Positions 1 to 14,000 are shown, numbered from the stretch's first letter. The stretch: DNA of 64,000 nt from Mytilus trossulus (GCF_036588685.1 NC_086382.1:46748001-46812000), one strand, 5' to 3'. The notes: a model not told the origin generated them from the sequence alone. Program-made: numbers and translations.

Positions 1-332
1 AAAAGACTGACACTAATCAAATTAAACTTTTTTAAATATACTATGTACCCCTAGTAGAAGATTCTCGTATGTTGATCAATGCAAATCCAAATGTGATAGA
101 TCAACATTATGTAGATTAAGGTTAAGTGCTCATACTTTTAGTTTATCTATTGAAAGAGGGCGATATATAAAAATACCAAAGCATATAATAATAATAATCT
201 ATTGAACAACAAATTACTTTCTTTATCATATACTTGATTTCTGTAATAATGTATATGCTTCTCTTTTATTTTAATATATTTCTCTCATAATTATCCACTG
301 TCACTTCTTCATTGTATATGTTCCGGACCATA

Positions 333-754
333 GAATCATATTCAAAACAGTGTGGTCCTGGCCATTGATTGACGACCTAAATTATCCCATCGACTGGGAC
401 AGATTAGGTGAACGTTTGTCGGTAACAATCACTGCTCACTATGTACTTGTTAAAGACAATGAATCTGTTGGGTCACCAAAGGTTCTCAACACCTAAAAAA
501 AGCAATTCGAAAAACGAAATCCGGAATAATACGATGTGTTGATTTATATCAATAATATAAATCAAAACATAAAGGTTATTCCTGAATAATTTTTCGAATT
601 ATGTTATTATTAAAGGCGTTAAGAACCTTTGGTGACCCCACAGTTTAATTTCTATAATAAGTAAGAAGTGAGCAATCACCTAATCTGTCCCAGTCAATGG
701 GATAATTTAGGTCGTCAATCAATGGCCAGGACCACACTGTTTTGAATATGATTC
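333..754. mobile_element. MITE with long terminal inverted repeats and TA target-site duplication (Tc1/mariner-type, non-autonomous)
   Basis: GAATCATATTCAAAACAGTGTGGTCCTGGCC... at 333 is mirrored by ...GGCCAGGACCACACTGTTTTGAATATGATTC ending at 754. TA lies on both sides. Removing the element restores GGACCATATGAGTAT, a motif repeated at 787-850. Confidence 0.85.
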
Positions 755-1378
755 TATGAGTATTTGGACCATACACGTATGGTCAGACCATATGAGTATT
801 ATACTCGTTTGGTTATTAACTGACCGGACCATATGAGTATTACGACCATATAAGTATTTTTTTTCTTTCAAATTTACAATAAAAACGTTTCAATAATACA
901 ATAAACTGTATCTTAAAAAAGGTGTTTGTTAGTCCCCCACAATACATCAACATTTAAATTCATCTTCATTATTTCCCCAACAATAAAGTTCCATGCCCTT
1001 TTTGTATATTTTTCTCTAAAGAAACCCTTTTCAGTGCGTTGGGTATTCTTGTAAATTAATGATTTGCTCTTATTTATACTGAATCTCATTCTTCACCCTC
1101 TTTCTACAAAATGGACGAAATATGGTATATTCGGAGCGATGCATCTAGTTGTTCGGTTCCGCCAGAACTATTCAACTAGCTACAATGCTCCAGTACTTTT
1201 CAACTAGCTACTGTTTTCCGAAACTTTTCGACTGCACTCAGAATAAAACAACTACTAGTAGTTGGAAAGTTCCGCCGGAACAAAGTAACTGACGGAACTT
1301 ACTGGCTGTTTCACTAACGCATTTATAATATTGTTTTCCGATATACCCACTCATTTATTACATATATAATCATACACC

Positions 1379-1548
1379 GGAATTTTCCGGTGGTGTACTA
1401 CATATTGATGCAGCGTGTAATACATATTATAAGTATTTTTTTCTTTTTCGTAGGTTTTGACAACATTGTAATTTGAGAGTATTGGCAAAGGGGTGACTAA
1501 AAGTGATAATCGGAAGTCGTCATTGCGCATGTGAAACGAAAGTGAAAC
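1379..1548. promoter_or_regulatory. Cluster of immune-type motifs (kappaB-like, ETS-like, IRF/ISRE-like)
   Basis: GGAATTTTCC at 1379-1388, CGGAAGT at 1511-1517 and GAAACGAAAGTGAAAC at 1533-1548. Motif match only; no target gene identified. Confidence 0.3.
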
Positions 1549-2117
1549 AAGGTTGCTATGCAATTGTTTATCTTACGATTAGTCGTAAGTAAAATTTACT
1601 CATAAAAACTTAAGAGTACTCTTTATAAGATAAAAAATAATCTTACGACCGCCTTTGTGAAAATGACTTAAGATTTCTCTTACGATACTCGTAAGATTAA
1701 ATCTTAAGATTTATCTTAAGATTTTTTGTGAAAAGGGCTACAGCTCTTACTATAATACATGAATGCATACAAATTGATGTGTGATTTATAGAACTACATG
1801 TAAAAATATATATGCTTTTCTAGTTTTGGTCTATCGGAACAGGCTGATTTAGAGTCAGGCCAAGGGTGACCGTTCTCCTCTCTTTTTAGACAAATTTGCT
1901 TTATAATAAAGGGAATCGCGGAAGTCTTACTAGCGCGGACCTCCTCTAACGCAGTTAGTATGCCCCCTTATGAAACTCAGATATTCGAGCAAAGTTTTAA
2001 AAAAAAAGTAAAGAACGAAAGTGTCAGCCAAAAACAAGAATTCAAAAACAAAAAAAGACGTCACGAACGCAAACAGAAATACAATTTAAAAAAAAACAAC
2101 AGATATTAGCATAAAAC

Positions 2118-2286
2118 TACGGAGCCCCGCTAGGGATATACGAAGAAAAATATATATATTGTGCGCACAAAATGATACATGTATATTGTAAGCACAATTA
2201 ATATATTTAAGTTGTGCGCACACTATATTTAAGTTGTGTGCACAATATATTATTTTTCTTTGCATGGCCCTATCGGGGCTCCGTAT
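2118..2286. mobile_element. Short MITE
   Basis: TIRs TACGGAGCCCCG...CGGGGCTCCGTA with internal inverted TGTGCGCACA repeats. Confidence 0.7.
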
Positions 2287-2324
2287 AAAGCAACAGAAAT
2301 CATAAAACAAAAACAAATATAAAT

Positions 2325-3215
2325 AAACAGCTGCGTCATGAGCGCATGATACGCCCGATGTGTGTGGAAGTTTTATGCAATAATCATAAATAGTTTCTGA
2401 GAAAGTTTTAAGCAATAACCATATATTGTTTTTCAGACACGGCGGGACATGTGAAACCCCCAACCCCGTTTAAAAAAAAAAAAAACTAAATATCACTAAA
2501 ATAAAATTTTGAATGAAAACCAAAAAGTATACAGATCTTAAGATTAATATAACAAAGAAGTGTGTAAAGTTTTAAGCAATAATCATAAATTGTTTTTGAG
2601 ATACGGCACAACATGTAATAAAAACCTTCCCCTTTTTTACAAAATACTCAATAACTCAAAAATGAAATTTTGAATCATCACCAAAAAGTATACAGATCTT
2701 AAGATTAATATAACAAAGACATGTGTAAAGTTTTAAGCAATAATCATAATAGTTTTTGAGATATGGTGCGACATGTAAAAAAACCCTCCCCCTTTTTTAT
2801 AAAATACTCAATAACTCAAAAATAAAATTTTGAATCATCACCAAAAGGTAAACAGATATTTAGATTAATATAACTAAAAGTGTTTAAAGTTTTAAGCCAT
2901 AATCAAGAATCGTTTTTGAGATACGGTGTGACATGTGAAAAAAAACCACACCCCTGTTTTAGTTACAATGTGCCGTAACTCAAAAAGTTTTATTTTATTG
3001 TCACCAAAAAGTGTACAGATCATTTAACCACCATAAGAAAAAATTATATTAAGTTTCATGAAATTTGGATAAGTCGTTCTCAAGTTACGGTGCGACATGT
3101 TTACGCCGGACAGACGGACAGACAGACGGACAGACACACAGACGGACGGACGGACTGACACTGGACATTTGTATACCATAATACGTCCCGTCAAAATTTT
3201 GACGGGTGTATAAAA
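2325..3215 (+). mobile_element. Non-autonomous Helentron/HINE (pearl/DINE-like) element with an internal ~160-bp tandem array
   Basis: Units starting AAGTTTTAAGCAATAA at about 2403, 2567, 2728 and 2887. These are followed by a GACA/GACG microsatellite (3108-3155), a 3' hairpin CCCGTCAAAATTTTGACGGG and an A-run. Confidence 0.8.
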
Positions 3216-6031
3216 ACAGAGGTAAAAAAGAACAGACATAAAGTTCGAAAAAAACCAAACGTAAATAAAAAGACATAAAAAACCGAAAAAGGAGGTTAAA
3301 AACGAAAACACACATTCAATTAAAAAAAATGGCAACAGAGTTATTATACGAAAACAGACATAAAATTTAAAATGTTGCAAAACAATAAAACGAAACTGAC
3401 AAAATACAAGACGATGTCGTCATCGCTAGTAACGTTGTGCACGATGTTCCTACAATACGACGTTACAACACCACGACGTCACAGAGACTTTTCTGAATTT
3501 TTTTACGTTCATTTATTCAATTTGCAAGTTTCATTTGCTTTTTTTATGTAGTTGGTTGATTCCAAATTTGTCTCTATTAATTTTGTGATGTCTATTTACC
3601 CTGGATTTATTTACCTTACATGTAAGTTGTGGAAATCGATTAAATAATTTTTACCCTTAATTCACCTTAAAATGTTATATTGTCGTAAGTAATGAACTTG
3701 AAGGAAGAAAAAATGGGACAAAAGTATACGGTTTTCAATAAATAAATTATATCAAAACTTTAATCAAAGGCTGCTAAAGTTGCATGGTGCATATCATCTG
3801 TCATTGTAAATTTTTCATATCTAGATTCAACCCTAATACAAATATATCCGACACTCTGCAAGTAAATAAAACCATATTTACCCTTGATTAATTTGAATTG
3901 AAATGTATTAAAAATTTGCTTGACACGTGACTTGTCGAAATACAACCAATAAAAAATTATTATAACCCGATCTTGAAAATTATTTTCCAAGTCATTTGAA
4001 GTTGCTTGCTTTAAAAATGTACTAATCTTCTCCTGATCTGAATCGTCCGTATAATACGGGGTTGCATGAATTCAATGAATTTATTATGAAACTGTTTTTG
4101 TCGTTGTTTCCAATAAGTCTTTCAGCTACCTCCTTTTTTCGACAACCAGCTTTTTTTTTTAAATTTCACAACGCGATTCGTTTTAAGTATCAGGAATATA
4201 GAGGGAGGGTAGGAGAGGTCCTGGTCCCGAAATCCCGGGCTTAAAGAACCCGAATTCCCGAGGTCCTATCCCCTCTCAATATACAATTGAACAAATTTTG
4301 CACATGTAACGTCGATTTTTTTTCGACGTTTTTCGACGTTTGGACAAAATGGCTACCGTTTTGTAATGTTTCGTAGCATTTTATTCCTGTAAGACCCAAA
4401 CATGCAGTTAATAAAAAAAATAATCTAGACTTTATGTTTTTTTCGTGTATCTAACTTTTGTTTTGGTAAATTATAAATTACTTATTGAAATATCAGGTAA
4501 AAAACACACATTAATTGCTTGGACAAATGAAATATCAACTTGGACAAAATGGCTACCACTTGAAAAACGACTGTGTAGCGATGGGTTTATAGAATCTACA
4601 ATTTTTGAACTCACGAACAAAGAGGCAAATGTTTGTTCTTTCGGTAGATGGTATAATTATCTCACAATTTTTAGAAATTTTTAGCTATGTCTACAGTCTA
4701 CTTCTAAAACTACCTTTCAGCCGTTAAGTCAACGAAAAACGTCATTTGACATTTTTCTTGTTCCAGCTTAATATGCAGCCAACGAGTCAAACAGAATTCG
4801 ACAAAAGAACGGCTTTAATTTAATCATGATCTGGCCCACTCTGTTGCTTCTGCCAAGTTTCGGGAAGATCAGAGAATAAGAAATAGGATCACTATACATA
4901 ACAGATAAGACAGTTGTTCAAAAATGTAACGTTGGACATCCGTTTTTTTCACATAGCTCTGTTGTTTTAATCCTCAAATATACTAGATATTACTAAGCAT
5001 ATGACCAAGAGCCATACAAACATAAAGGATAATATATACTGAATTTGTTTTTATAGTGGTTAGTGTTTGTTAACAGTTTATTTTGTTTTGCGGAGGAAAT
5101 TTCGAAGATTTTGTTTAATACATAGGGGTTGTAGGAACAGCGTGCGTGACGTTACTGCGAGACAACTCGGTCAAGAGTCAATTGGAACCGAGTCAACTGA
5201 TCACTCGGACCGACTAGTAAGTCAACTCTGACAAATTATTTAAAGTTGACTTTAACTTATTATCTTTAAGAAAGCATTATTGAACTCAATTCAAGCCAAA
5301 ACATTATATATTATTATTATAACTATTTATTTTAAAAGCTAAAACATTACGCAAAAACAAACAAAACAAACATTTTTAACTGTTTTTGTTGTATGTATAT
5401 ATGTGGTTGGTTTTTTTTTGTTTTTTGTTTTTTAATAATTTCGAACACCGAAAGTCGAAATTGTCAAACAGTGTATTTCATAGTCTGAACAATGAAACTA
5501 TCATACAATATCCTTGTGTCGAAAAAATATGAAGATTGTAACTGTATACATTATATATGCAAATAACAAACTTACCTTGAAAAAAGCTGCATCAAAGAAC
5601 GCGATTGAGTTTTGTGAAATATTTCAGCGATATAATTGTTTTATACCAATGTGAGAGGTTTATCTTAGTAATGGTCGAATTGTCATATTAATGACAATTT
5701 TCTCATTCCATTTATTTTAGTCCATTCAATCAGAAATTCAATTAATTATATGCATGAGGTGAAAAATCTGTAATACCTGATTATATTTTACGATGATAAA
5801 ATTGGAAAATGAATTAATGATAAACAACTGCGGTGTAAAGATGTGATTTAAAATGTATTTATTCTTATTTGGCATTTTTTAAGCGTAAAGATTACGGTAT
5901 AGTTCTGACGTTGATGATGTCTGGCTTATCGCATCGACTTTTGATCTCTAAAAGCTTTTAAATCCTTCAATATCATAAATATGTTGTAACAAAAGACAAA
6001 AAAGAATAAGGCTAAGTCCATTTATCTCTGT

Positions 6032-6592
6032 AAAAGAGAGGCGAAAGATACCACTGGGACATTCAGACTCATACGTCGTAAATAAACTGACGCCATGGCT
6101 CAAAATGAAGAAGAAAAGAAGCGGACAAATAAAAGTACATAAAACACAACATAAAAAACTCTGATCTAAGCCACACGAACCCCATCAAAATCTTGTGTGG
6201 TCACATGTGCTCCTGAAGGGTTAACAGATCCTGTTCCGCATGTGACACCCGTCGTGTTGCTCATGGTAGTACAAACCCACTTATAATTATAAATTTCAAT
6301 GGGTCACATTTGGGAATAGAGGACGGGATTGTAGTTACGACAATAGGAACTTGTCCGTTATCTTCTGCGAAATAGATATTCCATAACGGTCAACCAACTC
6401 GTGACTGGATCCGTATAACTTACGATTTTAACAACGCTCCTCGGAACTTTGCCTTAATATCTTCATTGTGAGCAGCAAGCATCTATCAAGGAAATACAAG
6501 CCCTGGAATATTGTATCAACTTGGATACATATATACTCCGTAATCAGGCGCTGCTGAAATGCTGATACATAGAAATGGAAAGTTCACAATTG
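6032..6592 (-). mobile_element. 3' fragment of a Penelope-like retroelement (degenerate)
   Basis: The minus strand near 6590-6500 reads IVNFPFLC..APxYGVY, like the C-terminal RT region of PLEs. The 3' part recurs at 20100-20280, 44850-44910, 50985-51135 and 53436-53710. Confidence 0.6.
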
Positions 6593-6885
6593 AGACTTTG
6601 TATGTTAAGAAAAACTCAAATTCGTGCTCACCAATATTGTCTACGCCATAGTGTTTTGTTTATATCCAACAGAACATTGTAAATAGTAGAGTTTCGTCAC
6701 ATTATATTTTTTTTATTGCTTTAATTTGACAGTACAAATCAGTACATTGTTTTCCATTGCGATAATTGTCCATTTATATGTAGATGAAAAACAAATACAG
6801 TCTAGCTTTTATATGCAGTGTCGTTGGATTGCTGTCTCATTTACGTTTTTCACGCATCTTCTTTTATCTATTTGTTTCAATAATC

Positions 6886-7224
6886 TATGGTGGCCGGAAT
6901 CGAGAAATCGAGAAATCGGGAAATCGGGAAATCGGGAAATCAAGAAAGCGCGAAATCGAGAAATCGAAAAATCGGGAAATCAGGAAATCGAGAACTCGAG
7001 AAAGCGAAATCGAGAAATCGGGAAAGCGAAATCGAGAAATCGGGAAAGCGAAAACACTAAATCAAGAAATCTGTTTCATTTCCCGTTTTCGCGTTTTCGC
7101 TTTCGCGTTTTCGATTTCTCGATTTCTCGATTTCCCGATTTCTCGATTTTTCGATTTCCCGATATCCCGATTTCGCGTGAAGGTGAAATGAGAAAACGCG
7201 AAATGGCTGCATCCGGTCACCATA
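6886..7224. mobile_element. Foldback element: inverted arrays of an 8-bp GAAATCG(A/G) unit within short TIRs
   Basis: TIRs TATGGTGGCCGGA / TCCGGTCACCATA with ATAATC duplicated on both flanks. It explains the spurious ORFs at 6726-7298. Confidence 0.8.
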
Positions 7225-7779
7225 ATAATCAAATGTATTCTGTTTTCTCCGAAGAATGCCACATAATGTAAAGACGTTACGCACGGTATTGGTGCCACTT
7301 AGCGTTACACGACGTTCCTACTAAAACAACGATTTTGACCGCGTTGTTCAATGGAAAGTTTCAAACGTTGACCTTATATTCTACTCATGTGAAAGTGCCG
7401 CTTAAAGTAAAGAGATGTTCGAAGTTGCTTCTTTATATGGTTTTATTTTTTCAAAGACGCACATAAAACAAAATTGTAACAGCGGGACACCCTTAAAATG
7501 ACGTTATAGGCATCGAAATGAGCAAAGTTTTTCATTAAATAATATCCGAAGCACAAAATCAAGCAACTAGAAAAGAGACTGAGTAGTCGAAAACAGAAAA
7601 TAATTTCACATAAACAGAAAATCATACATAATTTTGAAAACCGGCCCTTCTTCATGTTCAACATGGAATTTAGATAATTTGAATTACGACACTATTGGAT
7701 TCACCTAAAAATAAAGTGATGGCATGTCTTACTTATACAGTACGTACTCCCCGATGTTTTTTATTACTTATACCATGGA

Positions 7780-7995
7780 ATAAAATTGAGAAAGGAAATG
7801 GTGACTATGTCAAAGCGACAACCACCCGACCATAGAGCAGACAACAGCCGAAGGCAACCAATGGGTCTTCAATGTAGCGAGAATTCCCGCACCCGTAGGT
7901 GTCCTTCAGCTGGCCGCTAAAAATATGCATAATAGTACAGTGGTAATGGACGTCATACTAAACTCCGAATTATACACAAGAAACTAAAATTTAAA
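7780..7995 (+). repeat. Interspersed SINE-like repeat (family starting ATAAAATTGAGAATG)
   Basis: Further copies at about 14436, 19400-19708, 21157-21260, 38955-39240 and 44018-44221. Confidence 0.8.
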
Positions 7996-8158
7996 GTATA
8001 TATTGACACTTCCATGCTTATACTTACTTACTTATATTCGTTTGATGTGATACGTACGTGTGTTTGTTTATTGTGACGTCTCGTGTATCGAGGTAACGCT
8101 GTTGACGTTAACAGACAAAAGATTTAACGGCGGACTTCACAGAAACATTCAGATAAAA

Positions 8159-8183
8159 ATGTCTATAACTAATTCACATAGAG
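8159..8183 (+). CDS. Candidate first coding exon of the BTB gene (MSITNSHR)
   Basis: ATG...GAG|gtaaga is a strong phase-1 donor that joins in frame to the acceptor tatag|AC at 10771. TGACGT motifs lie just upstream. Tentative. Confidence 0.35.
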
Positions 8184-9802
8184 GTAAGATATCTTAATTT
8201 GTGTTCATATTATCGACTTAAGTAGTTAAAAGTTAAAAGTTAAAAGAATGCAATTATTGTTCAAAGTTCATTTAAAGACTGCATGCATTTGGAATTCTTC
8301 TACTTTGGTTAAATACAATTCTCTCTTTCAAGTACCAAGTTTGATTGATTTACATTACTAAAACGATTAAAACATATATGTTCTTCGTATGTTTGAAAGC
8401 TCAGTGTAATTTATGGAATATGTGCATGCCAGTCGAAAACCATGGCTTCATTTAGACGATGCGTTTGCCGTAATCCCTCCCCCCTGATGAATTCATTCAA
8501 TCGTATGGATATAGAGTTCGTGTCCGAAATCAAGTCAAGGAATTAACAATAAAAAGAAAAAGAGAGGTAAAAGCAAACGTATAAGGTACAGCATGAATTC
8601 AATGATATCTGACCCTCCAGCTTTGAAATAAGTCATCTGTCAATGTTAAGACTGTCACGGAAAAGAAGTTCCTTCATAAAATAAGTTCCAAAAGCCAAAG
8701 GAATAGTTGTTCCAACAGGAATATTATAATAATGTTTATAACAAAGTTTCTATTGGAACTACTGTTAGGCGGAACATATATACGTTGACAGGACAACAAA
8801 TCAAGTTTTAAATGGCTTAATATACGTGGGTTCATAGAAAAATCCAGTCTATTATCCTTTAAGTTCAGTGTGTCCGTACTGTTGTGATTATTAAAAAAAA
8901 ACAGTCCTTATATTGATCGGTGGTTCTCAAGTTTTGTCTTTCCATCAGAATGAAATATATTTCTTGTTTTTAAATTATTAATATTTGTGTCTAATTTGGT
9001 CGATTAATTATCGTTTGGTAAAATAAACTGAGAAATCAAAGAATTATTTAGCTAGCAATACAACCTTAATTACTCAAAGTTACTAAACACATGACTCTGG
9101 CCAAGTCTAACAGTGGATCGAGAAATTGATTTTCAGTTATCAACCGTTATAATGTTAAAAGACCTACTAGATAAAAAAAAATGATATGGGGTCATACTTC
9201 AAAGCCGATTCCGCTGCAATTCTAAAACGGTCCTTCAGACTAGACATGTTGTATCCAGAAGTCATGATTATGCATAGGCGGATCCAGAGGGACCTGGGGG
9301 CCCGGCCCCCTTTTGTTGGAAAAATTTGGTTGATTTTATAGGAATCACTAAAGCATGACCAGAGTGGACCCCCTTAAGTCAGTCAGCCCCCCCCCCCCCT
9401 TTTATAATCTAAAAAATCAACACCTTTTCTTCCACATGTACAATTACAATATCAATTGTCAATATAATGTGTTTATGTCCTACTTACTATACAAATCCTT
9501 GGTCCTATTGCATTTGTATAGTTTGTGATAATTTCACTGGACTCGAAAATATCGTTCGGGAAAATGTACATTAAAAATTGGTAAAATATTTTAATGTTTC
9601 AAGTTGGAAAGGAGGATGTTAAATAATAAAATAAATTCAAACTAAAAACTGCTTTTGAATTAAGAATCATATCTAAAATCTGGGACTAATAATGTCTATT
9701 TATACTAACCAAGGAATTGTATATATTTAAATATACAATACCTGATCATTCAGTGTACTCACTCTGAGACTACTATAAAAATAAATGTGTTATAGTAGTC
9801 TC

Positions 9803-9974
9803 CAGTGGCGGATCCAGAACTTTTCCTAAAAGGGGCGGGGCTCTGCCTGACCTAAGAGTGGGCTCCAGTCATGCTTCAATGATTCCCTATATAATCAACC
9901 AAATTTTTCCCACGAAAGGGGGGCCCGGGCCCCCAGCCTCCCCCCCCCCCCCCTGGTCAGCGGATCCGCCTATG
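9803..9974. mobile_element. MITE of the GGCGGATCC-terminus family
   Basis: CAGTGGCGGATCC...GGATCCGCCTATG with GTCTC on both flanks. Partial copies at about 1850-1980, 9274-9405 and 12067-12195. Confidence 0.7.
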
Positions 9975-10814
9975 GTCTCAGACAAACTTAACTTAGTATA
10001 TATATATAGTCCCAGCTTAATCTAACAGACCGTGAAAAAGAATGCCTAGAGTTGCCGTTCTTGATTCTACATGATATTTGATATAGGGGCGCTATAAAAA
10101 ATGTAAACAATGCAGGCCTTCACCTGTTTACCTCGCATGCATCTTTAGTTTATGCCCTTTAGCTTTGATAAAGTACTATAAACGTAAGTAAAGCTAACAC
10201 ACTTTAATTACACAGAATACACGGGATGCTTATTGTTTATAATCAGGAAAGTATCTACACACTTGGGGTGAACGGATACTAATCGATTAACAATAACACT
10301 AACGGATCAATCAGCTGTTAATCTGTTGTAAACATTAGACTTAACCAAACAAATGATTTATACATGTACATTTGTATCCCAGTTTCCTGATTTGTCATAA
10401 ATAGCAACAAGATTAATCAATTATTATTTTGAACATCTGCTGGCAAATTAGATTTGTATATGTGTATTGTTTGTGTGACTCAGTGGACCTACATGTACCA
10501 TTGGCCTACAAAAATGTGAACATGGTGAATGAGTGCCTAATACATAGTGAATTTGAACAATTTTTTTGGCATGTATGGTATATGCACAAATGATATATGA
10601 CTATTATAGAAAATCATTGACTAAAAAAACTGAAATGATACATTGTTGTCACAATTTCTATCGATCTGTCTAATTTTGTGCAAGTTTGATTTACTTACAA
10701 TAGCCAAAAAATACTGTTAGATTATTCAGGCTGCACAAAAAATTTAAAACATGTATCATGTTTATTATAGACAGTTTTTTGAAAGTTTGGTCATCCTGGA
10801 AGAACCAAAGAAAG

Positions 10815-11032
10815 ATGGCTGAAAAGTTGATGCGGACATTAGGAAGTGGAGATACATCCACATCTGTGTCAAAAAATGCTTCGACAGAATGCATCAACGA
10901 CAAAGAGTACTTCATTAACAGATTTGAAAACTTGTACAACAATCAGATGTTCAGTGATCTTATTCTAAAAGTTGGAGACATATCTTACTACGCCCACAAA
11001 ATTATGTTAGTGACAGCTAGTGAAGTTTTTGA
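10815..11032 (+). CDS. BTB gene exon (N-terminal half of BTB)
   Basis: MAEKL...ASEVFE; donor GA|gtaagt. Confidence 0.9.
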
Positions 11033-14000
11033 GTAAGTAAAAATGTACAGCAGACATCTGCAGTAGTACATTGTATCTCATGCATACATTTTTTAAGGAT
11101 TTTTGTAATGAATGAAAAGGATCAAAATATTGGATTGACCAGCATATATTTTCAGATATAGCATGTAAAAAAAATAAAGAAAAGGTACATTGTACACATT
11201 AATATAAATTAAATGGTTACATGTATATATAACAGGGACGTATATATTTTAAGTCCTTGTATATAACATGCTATTATTTGAACTTGGAATTATTTTTAAT
11301 TATGGAATTTGCTTGATTTCTTGTGTTTAAAATTTACAATAAGAAATCAAGCAAATTCCATAATTAAAAATAATTCCAAGTTCAAACAATAGCTTATATG
11401 TTAGTCCTAAACTATCTGTATACCCATTTAGATTAATAAATTATGCCTTTAACTGAATTCCTGCAAAATATAGTACATGTGATTTAGTGCAGATATGTAC
11501 CTGTTAAAGAAATATTCGTAAGATTTAACATTTGATTAAAATTCTGTCAAGGATGTTTATTTATGTACCGTTTAGTATTAGCTCTTAGTTAAGCAATATA
11601 ATACATTCTTGATTTTGTGCATTACGATGCAAATAACAATATATCAAATATTTGACTGCAAAACCTTTATAAGGATGTTAAATGTGAGGCTTGTCAAATG
11701 ATAAACCGGACTAATTGTCATTTTACAATCTCAGAAAAAAAATAAAACATGAAGGAAAACTTGCAATAATGATATCATAGAGGGGAGATAAGACCTTTAT
11801 CGGGACTCGGGGATCAGGTGTTTTTAAGCTCGGGATTTCGGGATTGACCCTTTCGGGATCCGGGAATTCTTGTTTTTCGAATTTCTGGACGTCTGGATTT
11901 ACTTTATTTAAATTCGGGACATCAGGATTTCAGGATCAGGACCCCTCGGGCTCCTATCCCCCCTCATCATACATGTATTTGACAAATGGAATCAGTAAAA
12001 GTTGAAGATTAAATTTTGGATACAATTTGAAAAAAATCAGAGCGAAATCCTTGATACTAAAATTCAAGTGGCAGATCCATAACTTTTTATAAGGGGCGGG
12101 TTTGGGGAGGCAACTGACTCACTGCCATTAGAGTGGGAACAATTCAGTCATGCTTCAATGGTGCCATATATAATCAACTAATTTTTTCCCACAAAAGAGT
12201 CATTTTAGCTATCACTATCAAAATAAGAGTATATGCCTTGATCAGATGTACAAATGTAAACCCCATAATATGGGGTATAATTATGGGGTATACATTTGTA
12301 CATCTGATCAATTTTAAAAGAAAGCAACCAAGCATAGCAGAACAGATAATTAAGTCATCATTTTAACACTTCTCAGATAAAAAAAATTTACTAAAAAAAA
12401 AGAATTAATTATGTATGAAGAATGATTATGCAGTCAGAGCTGCAGACCATACAGTATGTGTTTTCCTCATTGTTGAAGGTTAATGATGTTGCATATAATT
12501 GCTAACATCCATGCCATTTCATTTGAACTTTGTTGGATAGTTATCTCATCATACTAAATTTCCTTATTTTTATACTATTTATTTCACAGGGCCATGTTAA
12601 GTGAAGACAGATGGAAGGAAGCCACTGAACCTGTAGTTTCTCTAACAGAAGAAGAGTGTTGTGTTCCTGTTTTTGATATGTTCCTTAAGTATGACTAATA
12701 ATACTCTAAAATATATAGTTGTGAGATGTGTCAATTCTTAAATGCAACACTTGGTAGTATATAAATAATTAATTACCACATGTATTTTTCAAATTGGGGT
12801 TTTACTTACAGTTTTTATCCTGTGAGTGTCACGATTGTGATTTCACATTAGCAAAGGCTAAAAAACAAGTTTTTAAATATTATTTTTTTAATCTATTAAT
12901 GATGAAAGTTTAATGGTTTGTAAAAGTCAAAATTTGAAAGGACTAGTATTTTCTATGTGTGTAGTATCTACATTTATATAAAAAAAATATTAAAAAAAAT
13001 CATGTTTAGTTTTGTACTCTGATCATATTTTGCTTGATCTAGCTAAAGTATCAAAGATAATATTTTATTTTACATTGTTTTGCAGGTATTTATACTGTGG
13101 ATCAGTTGAAGTAAATACAGAAACAGTACTTCCTGTGTTATTACTGGCAGACAAATATGGCATTAAAAGACTATGTGATTCATGCGTTGACTACATGATG
13201 CAGCATATTGTTGAGTCACCTGATTCTAATAGGACACTCTCCTGGTACCAGTATGCTAAGATGACTGGTAACCAGGTCTTGCAGGATAGGTGTCAAGCAT
13301 TTATTTTGTCTAATTTCTCTATTGTTCAAAAAGCATCTGACTGGATGGCAGTATCAGTAAATGAATTAACAGAGTTTCTATCCAGTTCAGAAATTGTTGT
13401 GACCTCAGAATATGAACTTTGGCAGGAAGTTGAAAGATGGCTATTATGCAAACATAACAGAGATCATTTGGTAGAGAATTTAAAAGGAGTTATGCCTCTG
13501 ATAAGATTTTCTCTAATGACACCATGCCAGCTTTCACTCGTGGAAGAATCTCCTCTGTATCATGAATACAAAGACATATTTGGGGATAAAATTTGGTCTG
13601 CTTATAGAAGGCACTCTCTAATGTATGAGGACATTATTGCTTCCCGTGAACCGTACAGGAACTACAACTGCAAGAACCAATATGCTGTTTATTGTGATCT
13701 GACCTTAAAGAAATACACATCTAAACAGAAAGTGGATAGTAAAATAACAATTGAAAATTTGAAGATTCCTGCTAATTTCATGCCTGTACCTTTACAGTCA
13801 CAATCCAAACAGTTCACTTTTTTGGTTGACTTTTTTCCGATGGGATTTTTTATTCCACATGTTCTCTATGCCCAGTACATAGGTAGACATAATGATGACA
13901 CTACCCTGAAAATAAGACGTTGTAATCCTTCAACCCCAACACAACAGAGTACACCCTTGCCAGACATGAGAGCTGAAATTACATTGATTATTTATGGAAT

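Noticed and set aside
3024-3380. Hydrophobic and SVR-repeat ORFs
   Set aside because: Microsatellite and A-rich tail of a HINE element.
6726-7298. Four overlapping ORFs with SRNREI/FPISRF repeats
   Set aside because: Translations of the inverted 8-bp arrays of a foldback element.
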